NCBI GenBank assembly: GCA_037447605.1
Contig: CM074816.1
Location: 124,001 to 188,000 of the forward strand
Reading direction: 5' to 3'
Length of the DNA stretch: 64,000 bases
Source of the DNA: Zygnema circumcarinatum SAG 698-1b
Taxonomy: Eukaryota; Plantae; Zygnematophyceae
A program made the position numbers and the translations under genes. Of this stretch, positions 24,970 through 44,678 are shown piece by piece (within the stretch, counting starts at the first letter, position 1; the number at the start of each line of letters is the position of its first letter). Below the pieces are notes generated by a model. That model ran no database searches, was not told the DNA's origin, and worked only from the letters and a program-made list of their open reading frames with translations.

Positions 24970-27565
24970 TGTATGATCCTGGCGAGGAAAAACTTCCTGA
25001 CCTCCGGGAAGCAGTTGTTGCAGAAAAACTCCCGACAGGTGCTACAAAAGAGAGTGGTGGGATTTGTGCGGCCCCTCGCGTTGCAGACGGGGCATTGGCG
25101 GGGAGCTGAGGGGGGGCGGCCTAACACTGTGAGGCTGGCAACAGAAGCTGCGGCAGATCGGGTTGCACTCAGATTAGATCAAGAGAGATTCTGTGGTTGA
25201 AGACTGTATAGTTCTTCGATNNNNNNNNNNNNNNNNNNNNNNNNNNNNNNNNNNNNNNNNNNNNNNNNNNNNNNNNNNNNNNNNNNNNNNNNNNNNNNNN
25301 NNNNNNNNNNNNNNNNNNNNGAGATTATCGCTAAGCCCTCCCAAGTTATCCGCCGTAGAGTTGGCGCTCCATGGAAACTGGTCTCCCTTACTCCACACGC
25401 GTGAGCGAGCATTCACATCGCAGGGGGAGTGATGTCGCGAAACACTGCAGTCACCCCAAGGGAAGGGTTGCCTTAGAGCCCAACGTGGCTTTGCTGTCCA
25501 TCCAATGAGTACCTGGCAACTGCAGCATCGGATCCCTATAGGGCAGAAGTCCTGCAGGGTGGAAGTCGTGAGAACTGGTTCACCCGTGGGGCCGCCACAT
25601 AATCTCTATGGGCCCCACGTCAGCGGCCAAGGTCCCCTCCTCTTGCAGCGTAGAGGAGATCGCAGACTCGCGCACAAACCAGTCCAATTCTCGTAATTAG
25701 ATCTGAGGCAAGCCCCAGACCCCCCTTTTGACTTCTCGTTGGTCCATACATCAAGCTCTCGTTGGTGCGGCAGATGTCATCGGGTCGGCCGCGCAGCGGT
25801 AGGCTCTAACCATCCACCGCATCCGGCAAGGTCACATCGCCACAGCGCACCGCAACCTCAGCGAGCATCATGCGTTGTGTCTCTAACCCATTCCAAAGTC
25901 AAGAAGGGGACACGTGGGCAGTGTCCATGGGCCACTGCTTCCAATCCTGCCATGCCTGGTCACAGAGGTCAAGCGGGGAAGCGGTGAAGGGCAAGGGTGA
26001 GTGCTCGTAGCCAGAGCCAGTGATGCCAGCGTCCGTTCACACCATCCCGGGCTGCTCCCCACTCTGAAGCTCTCTCTCTCTCTCTGAATCCCTCTCAATC
26101 TGAACTCTGTTTTGCTGAGTGCTGGTGTGTGATTCCGCGCAGGCTGAAGAGGCGGTTCTCAGCTGTTACACTTGATCCACTGGTCCTCCTTCAGGTCTGC
26201 TTGCGCTGCCTTCTCCTCAAGGTGTCTCAGCCAAGACTCTGCATCTTCCTGCTTGCCGGTGAAGCCTCTAGTGATGATGCCCGTGGTATCCCTCACCTCA
26301 CTCTTTTCAGGAATCAAGGCTATCAGTTTTGTCATCATCTCTTCCATCTTGCTGGGGAACTCAGATCTGACTCGTGTGCTTCTCTGCAGGTTGGTTCGAA
26401 AGCTGGAGGGTCCATGCGATCGTCCTGCCCTTGCCCCTGAAGCCGCTCGCCTGGGGCTGCCGGATGGGTAAGTCGTGAAAGCCGGAGGTGAGGGTGTCTT
26501 CTGATGATTCCCTTGCTCTGCTGTAGGACTGCGTGCCGCTGCAGTGCTTGAAGGGACTCCTGGTGCAGTAGTTATCCGACTGAGATCCCGTGGGTTCTGT
26601 CTCTGTGGGGCCGCGGTGGGGACCTCAGGTTCGAACGGCACTCCTCTCTTCACGGCATCGGCGGCCGTGACAGCGACTGGGCAGGCTGCAAGCTTGATCA
26701 TCCGGCGTGCGTATTGCCAGCGAAGTTTGTGGCCATCACTGCCGAGACGGAGTCGTTGCAGCTCTTCAATCGACTCGATCTGCTCAAGGTAAGCCAGACT
26801 GGGATAAGGGTTCTCTTCGGTGATGCCCATCTTCAGTCTCTCTCTGACTGCTTCTTCCTCTGAGTCTGAATCCGTCCTTGGATTTCCGATCGCCTGTTCT
26901 TCTTCTTCTTGAGGTGCCAAGTCTTCCTCTGAATACTCATGAAGATCTGCTTGTCCCTCTTGCTGCAGCTCTTCATCCATGGCGGCTGTGACACGGGTCA
27001 CAGGATCGGCAGCCTCACGTATCGAGGTACGTGGATCTGCAAAACCTTCNNNNNNNNNNATGAAATTGTCTTCTCACTGAAATCTTTGTCTAACTGGGCT
27101 GAATGGGACGTCTAAATGCTATCAGCAAGAAGACTCTTTCTCTCTCTCTCTCTCTCTCTATGGCATGGAACTCTCTCTCTCTCTCTCTCTCTCTCTTACT
27201 TAGCATATGTTGCTGTAACTGAAGAGGAAGGAAAAGAAGAAAGAAGAACAAGACAACAAACCACACAGCAAATCCAAATACTAAGCCCAGCACTAAAAGA
27301 CAAAAAAGCATCACTGACATCCCATCTACTTAACACTGACAATAGATCTTGAGTCTTAGCAGCGACAGTCTCTGATTGGCCAACTGCCCACTGAGAGGCC
27401 TGACTGACTACGTGGAGCCTTCGNNNNNNNNNNTAATCGGCGGCCTTAGGCGGTGTTCCCGAGTGCGCCTTGCTGGATGGTGTGCTGTTCCGTGGGCCGC
27501 CAACGCATGGCGCCGCCTTCTCTCAATCTCCGTTGGCAGCTCCTGGATTCCGTTGATCCGTGACA
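24970..27565 (-). mobile_element. Gapped, nested LTR-retrotransposon remnant (gag-like ORF plus LTR-like segments)
   Basis: Minus-strand LTR-like starts TGTCAC (27565) and TGTAAC (26170), possible end ..TACA (24970); gag-like ORF between them; three N gaps; no matching TSD found. Confidence 0.55.
26159..26980 (-). CDS. Truncated retrotransposon Gag-like protein
   Basis: Intronless ORF ending FTGKQEDAESWLRHLEEKAAQADLKEDQWIK (gag-like FxG..E..WL) and cut off by a TGTAAC LTR-like start. Confidence 0.55.
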   Translation of the reverse strand: MDEELQQEGQADLHEYSEEDLAPQEEEEQAIGNPRTDSDSEEEAVRERLKMGITEENPYPSLAYLEQIESIEELQRLRLGSDGHKLRWQYARRMIKLAACPVAVTAADAVKRGVPFEPEVPTAAPQRQNPRDLSRITTAPGVPSSTAAARSPTAEQGNHQKTPSPPAFTTYPSGSPRRAASGARAGRSHGPSSFRTNLQRSTRVRSEFPSKMEEMMTKLIALIPEKSEVRDTTGIITRGFTGKQEDAESWLRHLEEKAAQADLKEDQWIKCNS

Positions 27566-27913
27566 CGGAAGAGGCATACGTCAAGTACAACTGAACGGAC
27601 GCGGATCCGCCGAACGCAGCTCCGTTACGCTACACCCGTGACGGCTAGTACAGCTAGTACGGGAAGTACGGTTAGTACGGTTAGTACGAATAGTACGGCT
27701 AACACAAGTTACCGTACAAAAAGGTGGTTTCGGCAAAATCGGGGCGAATTTCTTGGGGACGCACTTTTGATGGTGGAAAATATGACGGGGTCCTACTGTA
27801 CTGTAATAGCGTAGAACCGTTGTACGAAAATGTACCGTACGGCTCGCTTTGGGGCAAACCCTAATTCCCAGCGCCTCCCTCCCTCAGAGCGGTCGGCGGC
27901 GAAGGAGGGCGCC

Positions 27914-35872
<7,959 letters not shown>

Positions 35873-36390
35873 GAGGGAGAGAGGGAGGGAGAGAGGGAGG
35901 AGGAGGAGGGAGGGAGGGAGGGGTGGAGGGAGGAGGGAGGGAGGGAGGGGAGGGAGGAGGGAGGAGGGAGGGAGGGAGGGAGGGAGGAGGAGGAGGAGGG
36001 AGGGAGGGAGGGAGGGAGGGAGGGAGGAGGGAGGGAGGGAGGGAGGAGGAGGAGGAGGGAGGGAGGAGGAGGAGGGAGGGAGGAGGAGGGAGGGAGGGAG
36101 GAAGTGGGAGGAGGGAGGGAGGGAGGGAGGGAGGAGGAGGAGGAGGAGGAGGAGGGAGGAGGGAGGGAGGAGGGAGGGAGGAGGGAGGGAGGGAGGGAGG
36201 GAGGGAGGGAGGGAGGGAGGGAGGGAGGGAGGAGGGAGGGAGGGAGGGAGGGAGGGAGGGAGGGAGGGGTGAGGGAGGGGAGGGAGGGAGGGAGGGAGGG
36301 AGGGAGGGAGGGAGGGAGGGAGGGAGGGAGGGAGGGAGGGAGGGAGGGAGGGAGGGAGGGAGGGAGGGAGGGAGGGAGGGAGGGAGAGAG
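35873..36390. repeat. (GGAG)n/(GAG)n purine tract directly after the S1 gene stop
   Basis: Read directly. Confidence 0.9.
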
Positions 36391-37282
36391 GCAGGAGGGA
36401 GGTAGGAGGGAGGTAGGAGAAGGAGAGAGAAGAGAGAGGGAGGGAGGAAGGTGGGGGAGGGGAGAAGGATAAGACGGGGTGGAGAGAGAGAGAGGGGGGG
36501 GGGAAGGGATGAGTTAAAATGGACTAGGCGTCGGTTTGCAGGATTCTTTGATTTTAGTTTTAGTTTTTAAATTTATTTGTACAGGTGGCATGACCACCAA
36601 GGCTCCTTTGTATTTGTACAAATGTTTTCCCAAAATTTTATGCAATTTCTTTGAGCTGAAAAATGAATGCAGTTTGGCATCTGACTTTATTTCCCACCCC
36701 ATGATTTGGTGAATTCAAGATTCCTCTTGTTCCTTCCGACCATTTTGCAGAAAACCAGTTTGAAGTTTAGACTCACCGCTTGGTTTGAACGCTGCCAAAA
36801 TCCCTCCTGAGTGGCTGTGCCTCTATTTTTGCGACGATGGTCAGAACTGCGAATACTATTTGGAATGCAAATTATGTTAAAAGCTGCCGACTCCCATGCT
36901 CGCTCCCTCTCCCTCTCCCTCTCCTTCTCCCTCTCCCTCTCCCGCTCCCTCTCCCGCCGTCTATTTCCCTTTCCCTCTCTGCCCCCACTCTCCCTCGTCC
37001 TCGCCATTCACCAAATGTTGTCCAGTCCGAACCATAGCCTTAGCCCCACTCCGAATGAGATAGAACTTTGCAATTATTTTTGTTACACTAAAAAATTCCT
37101 GGTACAGCTTGCCATCCGCGGCGCTGTTGCCGATTGGTGGAAAACGTTCTTCATTGACACGCAATTTTTTTTTAACAAATTCCGACGTTGAAAAAAACCT
37201 TCCACCGGATTATTTTCGACCCTGCACGTGTTCACACCTGATTGGCGGTCCACTATTTGGTAACGGCGATCCGAGTCAGTAC

Positions 37283-37475
37283 GCCACGTGGCGAGTCCAG
37301 AACAAAAACTGGTCCCTTCTCCACGTCATCATTTTCATCTGATTGGACGACAGTTTAAATTTCCACGTCATCAGTTTGACTTGCCCCGAAACGCTGCCAC
37401 GTGTAGCGCCACGTGTTGCCTGCGCTCCCTGCTCGCCACTTGGCAAAAGTTTGGAGCCATTTCTGGACTATAAAT
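37283..37475 (+). promoter_or_regulatory. ABRE/G-box cluster and TATA box of the LEA gene
   Basis: gccacgtggc (37283), ccacgtca twice, gccacgtgt (37396, 37408), TATAAA at 37469, about 120 bp before the ATG. Confidence 0.75.
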
Positions 37476-37592
37476 GGAGAGCCCACTCTATTGCAGGAAA
37501 GTGCGCAAGGTGTTCTTTGCTTTCAGATTCCTTTTGCTTTCAGAAATTTCATCGCCCTCGCCAGTTTTTTTCTTCTAAAAGTTCGACACAAG

Positions 37593-38556
37593 ATGGCGGG
37601 ACAAGGACAAGAGGTGAGTCTTGAAGGGCTTTTAGTTCATCAGTTGAGTTTTCATTTTTTAGTTTTTAGTTTGAAGCGAATGAGGAAAGCGGCAGCTCCT
37701 CCGCTTAGAATATACTTGCTTAGAAGTTTGGCTGGATGCGAACCGTTCTCTGGTTCAGCTCGGTCAGAAGTAATACTTTCTGCTTCAGTTGGAGCTGTTT
37801 TTAGCCCGCAGATATTGTGGTTTGGACACATTGTTGATTGCAATAATGAAGCTTGGAAATTGTGATGCGTCGATTCTTGCCTTGTGGAGGATACGTCTAT
37901 GAAGGACGATATCACTGATAAATTTGAAATTGGTGTTGCTTGCAGTCGATGGTGGACAAGGTCAAGGGATATGCGCAAGGAGGTAAGTCAAGCTGTTTGT
38001 GTTGTTTGGTGTACCTTTGCGGCAGATATTCATAGAGACTTTTATTAATTGGTTCGAATGAAAATGCAACATTGGACATGGAAGTATAATGAACGGTTCA
38101 GGTTTGCATGCTTGTAGTTGTTGCTACTTGAAGCTAAGCTTGCATTAGCGCCTTCTGACTAAGAACTAATCATACTGCAGTGGCTCGGTAACGATTAGTT
38201 TCCGTTTACCTGAACACATTAATCCACTATCTGCCTGACAGTGCGACAAATCAGAAAAAAAATTGCCATTTCTCTGCCGTCAGTCTAATACAACAGCGCT
38301 GGCGATCTGTCTGCATCCCCTGATGTTATCTTATGGTCTTGTTGCAGCCAAGGAGAACATCATGGGAGCCGGGCAGCAGACCAGTGACAAGGCCCACGAG
38401 GCTGCCGGAAGGACTCAGGAGAGCGCCTCTCAGGCTGCGGGGCAGACCCAAGACGCAGCGAACCAAGCCGCTGGGAAGACGCAGGACGCTGCGCACAACA
38501 CTGCCAAGAGCGCACAAGACACTACCAAGGACGCCAAGGACAGGATCTTCACATGA
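37593..38556 (+). CDS. Small hydrophilic group-3 LEA-like protein, 88 aa; exons 37593-37613, 37946-37982, 38348-38556
   Basis: MAGQGQE|SMVDKVKGYAQG|AKENIMGAGQQTSDKAHEAAGRTQESASQAAGQTQDAANQAAGKTQDAAHNTAKSAQDTTKDAKDRIFT; 11-mer A/Q/K/T periodicity. Confidence 0.82.
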
Positions 38557-39842
38557 GCAACCTGAGGTAAGAAGGATTTTTTTACGTTGCTTACATGGAT
38601 GGAGATGCTCGCATCTGTCGCCTTTGGATATGCTTGCTTTCTTTTTCCTGTTTGCAATATGGAATTGTGCAGGCTTTCTAGTTCATGGTATGTAAAATGT
38701 ACACAGCATTTTTTATTGCTTTGCCGCTTGACAGTTGCTGAATGTATTGCAGGTTGCAGGCCTCCGATTCGTTGGACGTGGAGCGTCTTCAGAGCTCCTT
38801 TACATAAGGGGCGTGTTGAGTTGTAGACTATGCGTAGCAGCAGAACTTTGAAACTGTAAATTTTGTTACGCAATTTTGTGAGTGTAGATGTGTACCTACG
38901 GTTTCTTTTCAGCTGTGATGTACAGTGTCACATTGTGTTGTTTTTATACAACCAGAAAACTTCATTCTCAAGCCTCTTCTTCCTTTGGTGCATATGCTTG
39001 CTTTGGAAATTTCGGGTTTCAAATCTTTGGATTGGGCATTCAGTATTGATGTCAGATTTGACGTGGGTCATGAGATTTCAGAAAGAAATGTCAAACACAT
39101 ACAGCGAAGAAACGGATTTGCCAAGAATATTACAGAATCGTCTTATTTTGCCGATAAAGAGTTTTGCTTCACTGCTCTCTAATAGTTTTTTTTCGCTCTG
39201 AGGAGGTCGGGGGCTCTGAATAAAGCTGTTTTTGCTTGCTATACGTACTAAGAACTGTTGGCGAGGCACTGTTTCGTTTTTTCTTTCCTTAGTAGCATTC
39301 TTAGCTTGATGAGAGGTTGAGAAGATAGGAAGATAGAAGATGAGAAGTGTATAGCAGTCTCCATTAGACTTAATGTGCACAAACCGGTATACATGCTTGC
39401 ACGAATGAACACATCACCTAACAATGTCAAACCAAAACAAAAAAGAAACGAAAAATCAAAATGTCCCCTGCAATACCTCGTCCTACATGACTAACCGCCC
39501 TTCTTGTCTTTCTCAAAAAACCATGACCAAAACTTTGCTGCGAATCTTTCATGCTCAAACCTTGCCTTGCCTTCCGCGTGTCGTGACCCCCAACCCCATG
39601 ACAGGCACACGGCACGTCATGTCTTATGTCTGTTCTAAGTCATGCTTCGCATACTTGCCACGATGTCCACATGTATCTATCTCTCAAAGCATGGAAATCA
39701 ATTGGGAGAAACCATGGCATCATGCAAGGAAGCATGGGAGCCCATCTCCATGGTCCATGGCGCCTACGCAAATCGGTGCCGTTCATGTGAACATCGATGT
39801 TCCCATCAGATGAGTCCGCGCCTTGGGACTCTCCGACGGCTC

Positions 39843-42800
39843 CTACACAGCCTCGACGTGCTCGTTCAGCGAAGCATCCTCCACCATGAGTTCGTCCGGC
39901 ACTGACGCAGTCGGAGCAGCAGCACAGAGGAGTTCGTCTACATTTTCCTTCCCTATTGCATCGTTTTGGGCTTTTTCAGCTTCTTCAGAGGACTTCTCTC
40001 CGAGACAGACGGCCTGTCCGGCGCCCATCTCCAATTCGTGTGCCATTGGCAGACCTGCATGATCAGGGTTAGCATAGGAGTTAGCAAGCAGGGCCGATAA
40101 GAAGGATGGAACAGTGAAAAAAGGAATAGAGCCAGTTCTCCTACCGAAGAGATAGTGGCTGCGGTTTCTGCTAAAAATCCAGACTAAGCATGAGGCTGTC
40201 TTAACGATTGGGGCTCAAAAAATCGCTCTCTCATTTGAAGAAAGAATGGAGTTACTCTGCCATTTTGCAGAACCCCCCCATTGACTTTGGCCAGGTGAGC
40301 GAGCCACGTCTCCTCCCTTTACCGCGGCACTCTCCGCTTCCTCTTCCAACTCCTTGGCAGTCCTTTTCTCTGCTCCTTCAGCTGCTGCCATCATTGCAGA
40401 TGCTGCAGAAGCAGCCGCCTCTCCAAGAGATAGCTGCAAATCTCGCAGCAAGAAAAGGCATCATCGAGGCCCCACAATAAAAAGGTAACAATAATAAAAG
40501 TTTGTTACAGACTATCTGCATCCATCTTATTTGAATGCATCTTTCTAACACTCCCAGCCTTGGCAATAGGATAGAGGACACTGACAATATTGCATATTCT
40601 TATCCATAATGTCTCCGGCATTTTCTGCACTACGCAAACTTATTCCTGTCAGATAGCTCCAACCATAGGGTTCCCTTTTGAGATTGAAATTTAAGAAAGT
40701 CTGACATACATACTGAACGTTGCTGGAATGTCGATTTTCCCGACATTTCCCAGGGTTTTTTTTCCGATTTTTTTGGTCAGACTTGTAAATGAGGAAAGCA
40801 CTCATAGCGATCAGAACGCCTCCCGTTACAATCAATACGAACGGCCCCTTAGACCTTCCCTTCCCATCCTTCTTCTTAGAAGAGGAAATATTCTGCAAGG
40901 AGGTGCACAACATTAGATTCTAGATTTGAGATTTACTATTTGATTCTAGAAATCTTAGGCAGCTGCGAGAAGCTATTTTCACAAATCCTGCTTCACAGTA
41001 TGAGATTTGGATGAATATGGACAGACCTTCATATCTTCGGCTACATGCAGCTCCGCCTCATGGACTCCTCCCAATGAGGTGTAATCTGCGATTTTGAAAT
41101 CCTGCCAAAGGGAATGCTCGAGAAGAAAAAGTGAGTATCACTTTCAAGTCATGGCAGATTTAGCAAAAAGCAAGAAAAAGACTACTTCTTCAGAAACACC
41201 CACCCATTCAGTAAAGTTTTGACATTGCAGATAGACTAACAAACAAACAAACACAAAGACGGGGTGCCTTGAAAGTTGGAACTTTCCAAAAAAAAGGGTT
41301 TATATTCAGACTTTTATAAAAGTATGAGATCATGGGATTTTCTGCAAAATTATTTTGCTCTGACGCATGCAAGTACGATCACTGAAGCAATCCGAAAATA
41401 CTCATACAGACTTCCTGATATTTTCCTCATAATTCGGCAGCCATACGTACATTTGGCAAATTGTGTGTTCTTTCGGTCTGGCCTCCTGCTGGAATTGGTG
41501 CAGGCCTCATTTCTTCCTGCACTCCACCAAAAACATCACATGAAAGCTCAAGGATAAATCTTTTGTCACAATTTCCCTAAGGGATGCCCTGAGTAGCTTT
41601 ATTTGCTTCATGTTTTTGCTTGTTCAATAGACGATAAATTTTTCTTGCATTTTTGTAAAAGCCTTTAGACTTTATCAGCAACATTCTGTATTCTGTTACT
41701 TCAAACTGACCTGTACAATAGCTGCAGTTCCAACATCAACCGTACTTTGAGAACTGTTCAAAACCCCTTCTGATTGATGCTGCTTTGTTGGAGCTTCACC
41801 CTTAATTTGACTGCCCTTTTCGATCTCAATTTCGTCCCTAGAAGCTTCCCGGGAATACCCTGTGGCGCCTTCAACGTCCTTCGGTAAGTCTGTAATTTGC
41901 TGTCCACCGCAGCCTGTAATTTCATGCTCTTCACTGAGACCTAAAAAATCATCCTTTGCTTCTTCCTCATCCTGCACTAAGGTTTTCTGCTCCTCCTCAA
42001 TATCTTGATGCTTTGAATTGATAGACTTCTGATATTCACTAAGAAGCAACTGATCTTCACCCTCTTGCTCATTCAATTCTGGAAGTCGGGATGAAGAATT
42101 GGATTTGGGAGTGGAAACATCTTCTGGATACGGCTTGGGGGCGATTTCGGTAGGCAAGCTTCTCTTTTTAGAAGAACTACCTCCCCACAGCCTAGACACT
42201 CGGAACATTGGACCACTCACTCCTTTCATTTTTCCTTTCACATTCAAAGTGGTGTTTGAACCATTGTCACTACCAGGCTTCTCAACGGAGATGAAGTCTT
42301 CGTCTTCTAGGATACGCGTCATCTTCAGCTCCGAAAAACTTTGTTCCGAAGATGTTTTCCCGGCGTCAAAGGCTGGATGAGTCGGGGAGTCCTTCTTTTC
42401 TATTATTCCTTCAAATTGGACCTCCTTTCCAGTAACACTCTCTGATTCAGAATACGATAGCATGGAGAATTCTGATATTTCCGGAATAGACGAGGTAGAT
42501 TTAGAATTTGATTTGATCGGTTGCTCCACCTGCAACTGCGCTGATGAGGGTTCCACAGGCCTCGTGCCTCCAGGGAGCTGAACAGTATTCGCCGCTTGAC
42601 CTTCAGTTGATATTGAAACGCCTCTGCTTAGACGCTGTTGAATGAACGAATCTTGAAACATGCTCGTGTCATCGTCGCCAGAAGCAATAGCTTCAGAACT
42701 CTGAACGTGAATTCGAGCTATAGCTCGAGATGTGAAAAGTGGTAAATCATCTGTCATGCGATTCGATTCGAGAACAGAAATGTCGAGAGGTGTATTCTCA

Positions 42801-43920
42801 GCAGGTTTCCGTAAGGGTATGACAGTAAGTGAAGTTGCGCAGCTGGCTGGAGCGAGCGATGAAGCGGACGGATAATTTGAAGTTGTTTTTTCGTAAAGCT
42901 CTGGAGGATATATTGTATCGTCGGTTTCAAGAGATCCGATTAATGGTGGATCTGCTGAACACTGGCTCCTGCAAAACCACAAATAGTTCATCGTTTGACA
43001 ATCACGAAACGAATTTGAAGTTGGCGATCGTCCACATCACTGTCACTTTGTCACTTTCAAAAAAAAAAAAAAGGTTGATATCCACGCAGAGTCTGATTTC
43101 CTTTCTCCTCGTCAACGGGGCCCTAATTCGACAATCAACAGGATTGACAACACCATTTGCAGCCAGTTTCCGTTAGCATGCAGGAAACTATCCGTGACTG
43201 ACTTCAAAGTCAGCATTTTAATCCAGACAGAGGCTACCTTCGCCAAACAGTGACTCCAATTGCTTGGTAGACATGTTCACCGTTATCAGCAGAAATTTCC
43301 TCGTTAAGTTCATGCTCCATCTCATCGATTTTCTGCGGCAAAAACTCAACAGCTTGGCACCTGTCGAGAAGAAAATGCATATTGATATGGTCTGAATACT
43401 GAAATAAACCTGAGACGCTCCAGTTACCAGTCACTGTACCTATTGGATTCCAGTGCAACAATTGGATTCCAGTGCAACACTGCAAACGAGCTTTCAGGTG
43501 AACGTTTGTCAAAGCAATATCTCCTAGCTAGTGGGAAATTTTTTCCTCTTTCGTTCGATACAAAACACTACTGCTTTCTGAATCAACATTTACAAAAATC
43601 GACGCCTTGCAACTTCTTAGTTTCAAACATGCAAAACAGTAATCCCATAAACGGCCTAAACTGGATTTTAACCACCTCTAGGTGTCTCCTGTCGCAGATA
43701 GCGCCCACTGTCAACAGATGCACGCTTGGATGCGTATCCAAAAGGCAAATTCCCTACAGAAGCGAAAAAAGTGCTTTTTGTGTGCGTTTTCTGAGCTCGT
43801 GACAACGACGGCGCTTCCGATTCAGCGATTCACCAACCGCCTCATTCCCACGATATGAAAGCACCACTTACTGTAGAGCTTCCTCAAACTATGAACATGG
43901 AAAACCATCGCCTTATCCAT
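39843..43920 (-). CDS. Orphan multi-exon protein with a large disordered acidic/Ser-rich exon (42968-41711) and one predicted TM helix; both ends uncertain
   Basis: 1.26-kb open exon joined in phase to EEMRPAP.., DFKIADYTSLGGVHEAELHVAEDMK and NISSSKKK..PFVLIVTGGVLIAMSAFLIYK exons; no family recognised. Confidence 0.5.
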
Positions 43921-44293
43921 AAGCTGAAAAAACCGCCTATTTCGCAAAAATATTCACAAAAAGGAATCCGCAGTCCCTGAGCCAACTTCTCCCATTGAAA
44001 GTATGGCACGTGTAAAATCCTTTCCAAGTGGCGGGCCAGCGTCGTCTGAGGTTGATTCTGACAATCTCATGCCATATATATTGGCGTGGCAGCTTGAAGC
44101 TGCCCCCCTTGCTTGCCTGCAAGCGGTCCCCCCTCAAGCCATGCCGGACCTTGGCTGGCCTGGAAGGCGGCTACTTGCAGGGCCATTCAGAAGTCCAAGA
44201 CCAATCAAAGATGGCCACGTCAGAAAATGTGTCCTACGTGGCGCTCTCTGATTGGTGGTCCTCTGAAGGAAGAGGAATCATGTACCGTACTAC

Positions 44294-44341
44294 CCGTACT
44301 CATGGAATCTCTCCGTACACGGAGAGATTCCATGAGTACGG
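44294..44341. repeat. Perfect 23-bp-arm palindrome in a divergent promoter
   Basis: ccgtactcatggaatctctccgt-ac-acggagagattccatgagtacgg. Confidence 0.9.
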
Positions 44342-44678
44342 CAGTTCAGTAGGGCGAGATCAACGCAGTCATATGTTGAACGACACTGCGAACGGCATCA
44401 TGGAGTCTTGAAGCTTCGGAGACTCCAACGGCTCGAACGATCAGGAAAATTTGAACTCCGCTCCGGACGTGGAGCCAGTTATCCTCCAATAGAGGACCGC
44501 CACGTGTATGACTTTGTACACGTGGCGATCAGTCATTGGCTGATGCTCAGCTCATTGTTTGGCAATGGAAGGCGCTCACAGGCAGCAGTGGCGGCCTGTG
44601 CTCCTTCTTGCAGCCTCCCTGCTTGAGAATGTCCTGCTAGAGAAAGTGGAATTTTATTTTGACTCTGTCAGATATCTC

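Noticed and set aside
36600-37170. Possible spliced gene divergent from the LEA promoter
   Set aside because: One plausible donor (~36775) but no coherent frame or recognisable motif
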